Part shown: piece after piece, positions 35,352-43,044 of the stretch
How positions within the stretch are numbered: the first letter of the stretch is position 1
Layout of the letters: every line of letters begins with the position of its first letter
NCBI GenBank assembly: GCA_026387575.1
Contig: JAPLLK010000036.1
Location: 1 to 61,849, forward strand
Direction: 5' to 3'
DNA length: 61,849 nucleotides
From: Nitrospirota bacterium
GTDB taxonomy: Bacteria > Nitrospirota > Thermodesulfovibrionia > Thermodesulfovibrionales > UBA1546
Made by a program: the position numbers and the translations under genes
The notes under the pieces: model-generated
Told to the model about the DNA's origin: nothing
The model's database searches: none
The model's input: only the letters and a program-made list of their open reading frames with translations

Positions 35352-35621
35352 ATGAGCAGTGTAGACGTTTATATCCTCGGTCAGAAATATACGGTAAAGG
35401 GGGATGCCCCTGAGGAACATATACAAAAAATCGCAGCCTTTGTAGATGCAAAGATAAAAGAGGTTTACAACACTGCGCCAAATGTCGCTCCGCTTAAGGC
35501 ATCTATTCTTGCAGCCCTGAATATCGCCGATGAACTGCACAGGGTGAAGGCAGAGCAAGATAACATTACAAAGCATATCGAAGAAAGGACAAAAGTCCTG
35601 AGCGGATTATTTGAGACTTAA
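35352..35621 (+). CDS. zapA: cell division protein ZapA
   Basis: VDVYILGQKYTVKGDAPEEHIQKIAAFVDAKIKEV...LKASILAALNIADEL. Confidence 0.8.
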   Translation: MSSVDVYILGQKYTVKGDAPEEHIQKIAAFVDAKIKEVYNTAPNVAPLKASILAALNIADELHRVKAEQDNITKHIEERTKVLSGLFET

Positions 35622-35643
35622 TACAGAAAACTTCTTGCCGCTT

Positions 35644-37023
35644 TTATTTCATTAAACCGTATTTCTTCATCTTATTAAAAAGACTTTTTCTGCTGATGCC
35701 GAGCCGGGCTGCCGCCTCCATCCTTCTCCACCTCGCTTCTGTAAGCGCATCTATTATCAGTTTTCTCTCCTCTTCTGACTTAATTGCCTCTATCCTTTCT
35801 TTTACTCCTTCACTGCCATTTCCTGCCTTAGCTGTGTTATTGGATATAAGCCCCTTTACTGTTTCTTCTCTGACTGTATCAGTGTCTTCAAGAATTATTG
35901 CCCTCTGAATTAGATTTTCCATCTCTCTCACATTCCCGGGCCAGCTATAGCTTAAAAAGAATCTTACCGCAGATGTAGAAATGCCTTTAACATTCCTGCC
36001 CATTGTTCTGCTGTATTTTTTCACAAAGAAATCTGACAGAAGAGGAATATCCTTTATCCTTTCTCTAAGCGGCGGGACCTTAATTTCAAAAACCTTCACC
36101 CTGTAGAGAAGGTCTTCGCGAAAACTGCCCTCCCTGATAGCGCTGTCAAGGTTCTTATTCGTTGCTGATATCAATCTCATATCAACTTTTATAGTTCTTG
36201 TGCCGCCAAGCCTTTCTATCTCTTTGTTCTGCAGAACCCTCAGAAGTTTTGCCTGAAGCCCCGGGGAGAGGTCGCCAATCTCATCAAGAAAGATACTGCC
36301 TTTAGATGCCCTTTCGAATTTGCCGGCATGTTGCTTTGATGCGCCTGTAAAAGCGCCTTTTTCATAGCCGAATAGTTCTGATTCAAGCAGTGTTTCAGGA
36401 ATCGCCGCACAGTTTACGCTTACAAAAGGATTATCCTTTCTATCGCTCAGCTTATGGATAGCCTTGGCGATAAGTTCCTTGCCTGAACCGCTTTCGCCTG
36501 TTATCAGCGCTGTGACGTCTGTTGCAGCGACCTTTATTGCAAGTTCAACTGCCTGCTTCATCTCCCCGCTCTCGGCTATGATTTCATCTCTGAATATGTT
36601 TTTAAGATTTTCAGTCTTGATGGTTTCAATTTCTCTCTGCAATTCATATTTTTCTATAGCCCTGCTTATGACGGTTCTTACTATCCCTATGTCAACGGGC
36701 TTGGTGAAAAAATCATACGCCCCATCCCTGATTGCCCTCATTGCAAGCTCTTTTGAACCGTATGCCGTTATCATTATCACCGGCATAGAATAACCTTCGG
36801 ATTTTATATGCCGGAGAACTTCAATGCCGCTCATGTTAGGCATCTTTTCGTCAAGAAGCACTAAGCTGTAAGTATTATTTTTCAAACAGTCAAGCGCATC
36901 GGCACCTGTCCCGGCAAGATCAAACTCAAAACCTTCTTTCCTGAGGAGTTCACCAAGGAAAAACCTAATGCTGGCATCGTCATCTGCAATTAATATCCTA
37001 TGTTCATTAGCGCTCAATGGCAT
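35644..37023 (-). CDS. sigma-54-dependent response regulator (REC-AAA+-HTH), PilR-like by context
   Basis: ILIADDDASIR / LLDEKMPNMSG (REC), ITGESGSGKE, GAFTGA, FREDLLYRVKV, SWPGNVREMEN, and C-terminal HTH AAARLGISRKSLFNKMKKYGL. Confidence 0.9.
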   Translation of the reverse strand: MPLSANEHRILIADDDASIRFFLGELLRKEGFEFDLAGTGADALDCLKNNTYSLVLLDEKMPNMSGIEVLRHIKSEGYSMPVIMITAYGSKELAMRAIRDGAYDFFTKPVDIGIVRTVISRAIEKYELQREIETIKTENLKNIFRDEIIAESGEMKQAVELAIKVAATDVTALITGESGSGKELIAKAIHKLSDRKDNPFVSVNCAAIPETLLESELFGYEKGAFTGASKQHAGKFERASKGSIFLDEIGDLSPGLQAKLLRVLQNKEIERLGGTRTIKVDMRLISATNKNLDSAIREGSFREDLLYRVKVFEIKVPPLRERIKDIPLLSDFFVKKYSRTMGRNVKGISTSAVRFFLSYSWPGNVREMENLIQRAIILEDTDTVREETVKGLISNNTAKAGNGSEGVKERIEAIKSEEERKLIIDALTEARWRRMEAAARLGISRKSLFNKMKKYGLMK

Positions 37024-37501
37024 TTAGAAACTCTTGGGTATTATTTTGTTCCGGCTAATATTTTAGCATATACAAGTAGAGGAAAAAATCTTACCTCAAT
37101 ATCCGCTATAGCAAACGGTTTCAAATCACAGTTGCCCCGAAAGATCCAGTTCAATCATCTCTATGGCAGGCATGTATAAGGAGGCTATGTCTGGATTAAG
37201 GCAAGATTCAAGGATCTGTCAGTATAGGGCTGAAGTCTCCACGAAGTGGAGCAGAAGCACCGCATAAGGACTTATAAGAGCCTAATATATTGTACTAACA
37301 TCTTACCTTTGCAATGGTAGTTTAATATTGCCAAAAGACAGATGCAGCCTCCTGAAAAGGTATTTTAAAGTGAACAAAGCTAAATCCCGCTGCTTCGTAA
37401 AGGTTTTGAGGTGCACATGCCTGCCGAGCATTTTGCTCGGTTGCATTGTTCGGGTTAAAATTACAGTTGACAGAAAATATTGTTTAGGCAATGATTTTAT
37501 T

Positions 37502-38698
37502 ATGCATGACGGCGGAGATGTAAGAACAGCCTTTGAAATATCCGAAATAGAAAAATTATACGGTAGCAGTTTTACAGGCGGCAATAGCGTCCACCTTCTG
37601 TGGAAGAATGGGGAACTGTTCAAGGCGATATTTGATTCCATTGCAGGTGCAGAAAGATTCGTCTGCCTTGAGTTCTACATGTTCCGCAATGATGAAACAG
37701 GCATTGAACTGGCAGAGCTGCTGAAAAAGAAAGCCGCGGAAGGAGTCTGCATATACATGCTTTATGACCACTTTGGCTCTTTCGGAACACCGCAGAAATT
37801 CTGGGCAAGACTAAAACAAGCGGGGATAAACGTCAGGGCATCTCATCCTTTCAAGTGGGCCGCTCCATTGCTTTATGCCCGCCGTGACCATAAAAAACTT
37901 ATCTTGATAGATGGGGAAAAGGTATTCACTGGAGGGTTGAACATCGCAAATGAATACAGGGGATACTATTTCAAAAGACATAAAGAGGCGTGGAGAGATA
38001 CAGGCATACTGCTTGAGGGCCCAATAGCCGGGGCACTGCTAAGTGAGTTTAAGAAAAGCTGGCTGCTCTGGGGCGGGACTATAGAGACAGCAAAAAGTTC
38101 AAGGTTGGAAGTTGAAAGTGATAATTTAGAAATTAAAACTCTCAACTCTGATTTGCCTGTGCTGCCTATATTCGCAAGTTCATCACGAGGGAGGAGAAGG
38201 CTGAGGAGGCTTTTATATTACAGCATTAATCATGCAAGGAAGAGCATATTCCTCACTACAGCCTATTTCACTCCGAGCAGAAGAATGATTGATATGCTGT
38301 CAGGAGCGGTTAAAAGGGGAGCAATAGTCAAACTGCTCCTGCCGCTAAAAAGCGATGTGCTGGCTGCAGATTATGCAGGAAGGGCATCATTCACAGAACT
38401 GCTGAAAGCCGGTGTGCAGATTTACACCTATAAGGGCAGGATACTCCATGCAAAGACTGCGGTGTTTGACGGCTGCTGGAGCATTATAGGCTCTGCAAAT
38501 CTTGATTTTCAGTCACTGAGAAGAAATGATGAGGGGAATGTCGGAATACTTGATAAAAATTTAGGGCAAAAAATGATAGACTTATTTGAGGAAGACACTA
38601 AAAACTCTGCAAGAATATATCTGGGACAGTGGACAAAACGGAATTTCTGCGAAAAAATCAGAGAAAGGTTCTTTGTCCTCTTCAGAGGGCGGTTGTAG
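37502..38698 (+). CDS. cls: cardiolipin synthase / phospholipase-D-family protein (soluble ClsB-like, two HKD motifs)
   Basis: HKKLILIDGEKVFTGGLNI and HAKTAVFDGCWSIIGSANLD. ATG at 37502 is preferred because the 58 codons upstream in the same ORF are Cys/Arg-rich and not protein-like. Confidence 0.83.
   Translation: MHDGGDVRTAFEISEIEKLYGSSFTGGNSVHLLWKNGELFKAIFDSIAGAERFVCLEFYMFRNDETGIELAELLKKKAAEGVCIYMLYDHFGSFGTPQKFWARLKQAGINVRASHPFKWAAPLLYARRDHKKLILIDGEKVFTGGLNIANEYRGYYFKRHKEAWRDTGILLEGPIAGALLSEFKKSWLLWGGTIETAKSSRLEVESDNLEIKTLNSDLPVLPIFASSSRGRRRLRRLLYYSINHARKSIFLTTAYFTPSRRMIDMLSGAVKRGAIVKLLLPLKSDVLAADYAGRASFTELLKAGVQIYTYKGRILHAKTAVFDGCWSIIGSANLDFQSLRRNDEGNVGILDKNLGQKMIDLFEEDTKNSARIYLGQWTKRNFCEKIRERFFVLFRGRL
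38095..38150. repeat. degenerate heptanucleotide repeat, 8 units (AAGTTCA AGGTTGG AAGTTGA AAGTGAT AATTTAG AAATTAA AACTCTC AACTCTG)
   Basis: Read directly. Translated as SSRLEVESDNLEIKTLNSD in the linker between the two PLD halves of Cls. Confidence 0.7.
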
Positions 38699-38726
38699 AT
38701 TCCGGCTCTGAAACCTGTAATGCTAT

Positions 38727-40121
38727 TTACGTTTCACCCTTAAGCGTTATTATTTTGTATGCGGTTGACGGCAGCCATATAACAAACTTTGTTTTGCCTT
38801 CAGACGTCTTTACAGTTATAGTGCCCCCAATGTTCTTTATTGCATCTCTCGCAATTTTCAACCCCATTCCGCGCCCTTTACCCTTGGTTGTAACATCCGC
38901 CTCAAATATTGCATTCACATCGATTCCGCGGCTAAGTTCTGAATCGCTGCTTACCTCAATCTCAGTCCAGTCATCGGTAATCTTTGCTTTTATGGCTATC
39001 TCTCCGTTTTTCCCAACTGCCTCATAGGCATTCAGGACTATATTATAAAGCGCATGGAAAAACTTCTCGTCTGCCACCCGTATCTTATCTGCAGTCTCAT
39101 CGTAGTCCTCCTTTATACTTACAGCCTTTTCCTTTGCAACCTGACTGCATAAAAGCATAACCCTGTGAATTATATCCCTGAGAGTATTCTCTTCGGCAGC
39201 AGCTGTCTTTTTTTCAAAGAGGGTGTCCACCACCCTGTTCAGGCGCTCTGTCTCTTTGAGTATTGTATTTATATAAAGTTTCTTCTGTTCGTTGTCATTA
39301 ATATCCTCTCCGATAAGCTGCACAAGTCCCTTTATGGACGCAAGGGGATTTCTAATCTCATGCGCTACCTCCATTGCCAGCGTTCCGATATTCGCCAGTT
39401 TTTCGGTTTTTTGCATCTCACGGTGCATCTCTTTTATCTTTGTGGTATCCATAAAATTTAGCACTGCTCCATCTATGCCATATCTGCCTTTTATTGGTGA
39501 AAGAGCATACCCAATTGTCCTGCTTTCACCGTTTATTGTTATATCCAGTTCAGAGGCAGCGGTCTTTCCCCTCAGAACTGTTTGCAAATCCCTTGTTATA
39601 TTCAATAGGGTCCCGATATTTTCGCCGAGCAGATCAGTTTCCTTACTGCCGAGCATATAGCAGGCATACGGGTTCACCATTGTTATTGCTCCGCTTTTAT
39701 CAGCTGTCATTACTCCTCCTGTTGTACTTTCAATCAGTGAGGTATACTTGCTGAGGGATGCAGCTATTTTTGTAAACTCCTTGCCGAGCGAACTGAATTC
39801 CTCTATGTTTTTGTCTTCCGCACCTTCGCTTAATAATTTTCTTGCAGGCCTTACAAGAGCGTACGCAACAATCAGGCCCGTCACGAATGCCACTGTAGCA
39901 AGGATATAAGTCCATTGTTCTGCAAAATTATAAATGGAGATAAACTCTGCCGAATCAATAACGCTGCGCTTAAAAACAGCCCTGAATCTTGCCAATAAAA
40001 TTAGCGGCGCAGCCACTGCAAAAACAGAAAAAAACAGGGGCAGGAATACAAAGAGTCCAAGATAAAACCGCCTTTTTAAAAAGGCTGATATTATCTTTTC
40101 ATAACTTTCATCATGTCCCAT
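38727..40121 (-). CDS. PAS-domain sensor histidine kinase (PilS-like by context)
   Basis: Two N-terminal TM segments, PAS (GGVMTADKSGAITMVNPYACYMLG), H-box EVAHEIRNPLASIKG, and G-box GKGRGMGLKIARDAIKNIGG. Overlaps the pilC 3' end by 31 nt. Confidence 0.85.
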   Translation of the reverse strand: MGHDESYEKIISAFLKRRFYLGLFVFLPLFFSVFAVAAPLILLARFRAVFKRSVIDSAEFISIYNFAEQWTYILATVAFVTGLIVAYALVRPARKLLSEGAEDKNIEEFSSLGKEFTKIAASLSKYTSLIESTTGGVMTADKSGAITMVNPYACYMLGSKETDLLGENIGTLLNITRDLQTVLRGKTAASELDITINGESRTIGYALSPIKGRYGIDGAVLNFMDTTKIKEMHREMQKTEKLANIGTLAMEVAHEIRNPLASIKGLVQLIGEDINDNEQKKLYINTILKETERLNRVVDTLFEKKTAAAEENTLRDIIHRVMLLCSQVAKEKAVSIKEDYDETADKIRVADEKFFHALYNIVLNAYEAVGKNGEIAIKAKITDDWTEIEVSSDSELSRGIDVNAIFEADVTTKGKGRGMGLKIARDAIKNIGGTITVKTSEGKTKFVIWLPSTAYKIITLKGET

Positions 40122-41308
40122 ATTGGAAGGAATATCCCCAGTGCGAGAAAGAGTATCCCGCCGGCAAGAAAGACCAGCAGAACCGGTTCAAGTGTTGTTG
40201 AAAGGTTTTTAATGGCATATTCAACCTCAAGGTCGTAATAGTCAGCTACCTTTGTAAGCATATCATCAAGCGCTCCTGTTTCCTCGCCAACAGCAACCAT
40301 CTGCGTAACCATCGGCGGAAAAACCATTGTGCTTGCCATCGGCACAGCCAGCCCTTTTCCTTCACGCACGCTTTCTTTTATCACCTCAACGGCCCTTGCA
40401 ATGATGATATTCCCGAGTGTGCCTGCAACTATGTCAAGCGCATGGAGCATTGGGATGCCGCTGCTGTAAAGCGTAGAAAATATCCTCGCAAACCTTGACA
40501 TAACAGTCTTTTCAACAACAGATCCTATTATCGGAACATTGAGCTTAAACTTGTCCAAGTTCCATCTGCCGGACGGAGTCCTCACATATCCCCTAAATGT
40601 AAAAATAACTCCTGCTATAGTGGCTAATATAAGCGGCCAGTATGTCCTTATTACTTTATTCAGGAATATAAGCACACGCGTTGGAAATGGAAGCTCTACT
40701 TTTGCAGATTGATATAAAGAAGCAAATTTAGGGACAACAAATGTTGTGAGCACAAGAAAAGCGATTATCATGCTTATTACAACAATGACGGGGTATCTTG
40801 TTGCCGCCTTTATACGCGCTCTCGTTGTCGCATCATGTTCAAGCAAGGATGCCAGCCTGTTAAGGATGTCGTCAAGCACTCCCGCCTCTTCACCTACTTT
40901 TACCATGCTGATATAAAGCGGTGAGAATACTTTCGGGAATTTTGCCAGAGCACCAGAAAAAGAACTTCCCCTCTCCACCTCTCTTCTTATTTCTTCTATT
41001 ATATTGCTGAGTTTCCTGCTCTTTGTTTGTTCCGAAAGCGTGTCCAGGCTTCTGATAAAAGATATGCCTGAACTAACAAGCGTTGCAAGCTGCCGGCTGA
41101 ACACTATGAGGTCTTCATCCTTTACCCTGTCAAAAATCTGCCATCCCTTCTCAATGGGAGATTTAATATCTTCTTCCGCTTCTATTCTTATAGGAGTATA
41201 TCCTTTGGAAAAAAGCTGCTCCGCAACCGCATCAGTCGTAGGAGCATCAATAATACCGTTTACAATCTCTCCTGTTTTATCCCTTACTTTATAGCTATAC
41301 GTTGGCAT
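40091..41308 (-). CDS. pilC: type IV pilus assembly platform protein PilC (GspF family)
   Basis: Duplicated GspF domains (FSRQLATLVSSGI..., FSRFARIFSTLYSSGIPML) and three TM regions. Confidence 0.9.
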   Translation of the reverse strand: MPTYSYKVRDKTGEIVNGIIDAPTTDAVAEQLFSKGYTPIRIEAEEDIKSPIEKGWQIFDRVKDEDLIVFSRQLATLVSSGISFIRSLDTLSEQTKSRKLSNIIEEIRREVERGSSFSGALAKFPKVFSPLYISMVKVGEEAGVLDDILNRLASLLEHDATTRARIKAATRYPVIVVISMIIAFLVLTTFVVPKFASLYQSAKVELPFPTRVLIFLNKVIRTYWPLILATIAGVIFTFRGYVRTPSGRWNLDKFKLNVPIIGSVVEKTVMSRFARIFSTLYSSGIPMLHALDIVAGTLGNIIIARAVEVIKESVREGKGLAVPMASTMVFPPMVTQMVAVGEETGALDDMLTKVADYYDLEVEYAIKNLSTTLEPVLLVFLAGGILFLALGIFLPIWDMMKVMKR

Positions 41309-41310
41309 AT

Positions 41311-41345
41311 CACTTATTTTTTATTTTCTCACTTCTTACTCATTA
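41311..41345. repeat. degenerate period-7 tract in the pilB-pilC spacer (CACTTAT TTTTTAT TTTCTCA CTTCTTA CTCATTA)
   Basis: Read directly. On the transcribed (minus) strand it reads AAGTAAT GAGTAAG AAGTGAG AAAATAA..., resembling the AAGTGAA-type units seen in cbiQ and cls. Confidence 0.35.
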
Positions 41346-41350
41346 CTTAT

Positions 41351-43024
41351 TTATTCTGTCTCCTGCGTCACTCTCATTGCTTCTTCAATCGTCGTAATAC
41401 CATCCTCTGCTTTCAAGAGACCTTCCTGCCTCATAGTTCTGAAGCCTTCCTTTATCGCCTGTGCCTTTATCTCGCTTGCAGGAGCCTTCTCTATTATCAG
41501 TTTTTTTATTCCCTCTGTAACCAGAAGGAGTTCAAATAATCCTTCTCTTCCAAGGTATCCTGTGAAACGGCACTCGCTGCAGCCCTTACCGTGCAGAAGC
41601 CCCTTCCCTTTAATTCCCACCCGCCTTAACATATCTTCGTCACCGGTATAGCTTTCTTTGCAGTAAGGGCATATCTTTACAATAAGCCTTTGCCCTAAAA
41701 CTCCGATAAGAGAAGACGTGATAAGGAACGGTTCAATTCCCATATCTATCAGCCGGGCTATTGCCCCGACTGCCTCATTTGTATGAAGGGTGCTAAGAAC
41801 AAGATGCCCTGTAAGCGCTGCATGTGTTGCGATTGACGCTGTTTCAGTGTCCCTTATCTCACCGACCATTATTACATCAGGGTCCTGCCTGAGAATAGAC
41901 CTCAACCCTGATGAGAATGTCATCCCTGCCTTTGGATTAACCTGCACCTGATTTATATTAGGCAGGTTATATTCTATGGGATCCTCTATTGTTACTATGT
42001 TTTTCTCTGCAGCGCTTATCTTACGCAGAGACGAATACATCGTTGTTGTCTTACCGCAGCCCGTGGGCCCTGTTGAGAGTATAAACCCGTAAGGCATGCT
42101 TATTAGCTTTTCATATGAATCAAGCAGATTTTTCGAGAATCCAAGCTGGCTGAGTGTGAGCTGAGGAAGCCCTGATGTTTTTTCAAGCAATCTCAGCACC
42201 ATTTTTTCACCGTGATGCGTCGGCAGAGTTGACGCCCTTACATCAAACTGTCTGCCCTCAATATTTATAGGAAATCTTCCATCCTGAGGCACTCTCTTTT
42301 CAGCGATATCCATTCCTGAAAGTATCTTTATCCTTGAGACAATGCCTGCATGTAGGTGCTTGGGAGGTTTCATAATATCATGCAGCTTCCCGTCAATCCT
42401 GAATCTGACACGGATGGAGTCCTCATAGGGTTCTATGTGTATGTCACTTGCCCTGTCCTTTACAGCCTGTGTAACAACTGTATTGACGAGCTTCACGATT
42501 GGGGTGTCTTCAACCATCGCCTCTGCTGCACCAACAATCTTTTCCTTTTCAGGATAATAAACATCTGCGGCCTTAACAACCTCATCCATCTCTCCTCTGG
42601 TATAATATTGGTCAAGCGCTCTGAGAAGAGCAGATTCTGTTATAACTACTGTGTCCACAGGCATCCTTGTTGCCCGTTTTATCTCATCTATCGCAAAGAC
42701 ATTGAGCGGGTCAGACATTGCAATAGTAAGCCTTCCGTTATTAATCTCAAGAGGCAGCGTCCTGTGTTTCCGCGCAAGAGACTCTGGTACCAAATCCAAG
42801 ACTCCCGGAGCTACAGAGATAAACCGCAGTTCTTTAAATGGCAGTCCCATCTGTGCGCTGAGCGCCTTTGCCATAACCTCTTCTGTAATAATACCGAGGC
42901 TGACAAGTGTTTCTCCAAGCCTTTTGCCAAGCCTCTTCTGTTCCTGCATTGCCTTGTCACGCTGTTCAGCAGTTATGACCCCGGCTTCTATCAGAAGTTC
43001 TCCTAAATATTTTTTTCTCAGCAC
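41351..43024 (-). CDS. pilB: type IV pilus assembly ATPase PilB (GspE family)
   Basis: N-terminal GSPII_E_N-like domain, Walker A LSTGPTGCGKTTT, IMVGEIRD, His box, and tetracysteine CPYC...CSEC. Confidence 0.9.
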   Translation of the reverse strand: MLRKKYLGELLIEAGVITAEQRDKAMQEQKRLGKRLGETLVSLGIITEEVMAKALSAQMGLPFKELRFISVAPGVLDLVPESLARKHRTLPLEINNGRLTIAMSDPLNVFAIDEIKRATRMPVDTVVITESALLRALDQYYTRGEMDEVVKAADVYYPEKEKIVGAAEAMVEDTPIVKLVNTVVTQAVKDRASDIHIEPYEDSIRVRFRIDGKLHDIMKPPKHLHAGIVSRIKILSGMDIAEKRVPQDGRFPINIEGRQFDVRASTLPTHHGEKMVLRLLEKTSGLPQLTLSQLGFSKNLLDSYEKLISMPYGFILSTGPTGCGKTTTMYSSLRKISAAEKNIVTIEDPIEYNLPNINQVQVNPKAGMTFSSGLRSILRQDPDVIMVGEIRDTETASIATHAALTGHLVLSTLHTNEAVGAIARLIDMGIEPFLITSSLIGVLGQRLIVKICPYCKESYTGDEDMLRRVGIKGKGLLHGKGCSECRFTGYLGREGLFELLLVTEGIKKLIIEKAPASEIKAQAIKEGFRTMRQEGLLKAEDGITTIEEAMRVTQETE

Positions 43025-43044
43025 TATCTCTATTTCCCCTTAGA

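Noticed and set aside
35622-35643. 6S RNA (ssrS), which lies downstream of zapA in many bacteria.
   Set aside because: Only 22 nt separate the zapA stop from the convergent regulator gene stop, so there is no room for an RNA of about 180 nt.
37237-37251. Possible SRP (4.5S) RNA domain IV hairpin, because of ..GUGGAGCAGAAGCA.. after a GAA-capped stem.
   Set aside because: The conserved GGAA tetraloop with flanking AGGUC / AGCAGC symmetric-loop motifs is not present. The flanks also do not pair into a long closing helix.
37328-37501. N-terminal 58 codons of the cls ORF as given in the track.
   Set aside because: The Cys/Arg/Lys-rich, non-protein-like sequence overlaps an antisense ORF. The PLD-family similarity begins only after the ATG at 37502.
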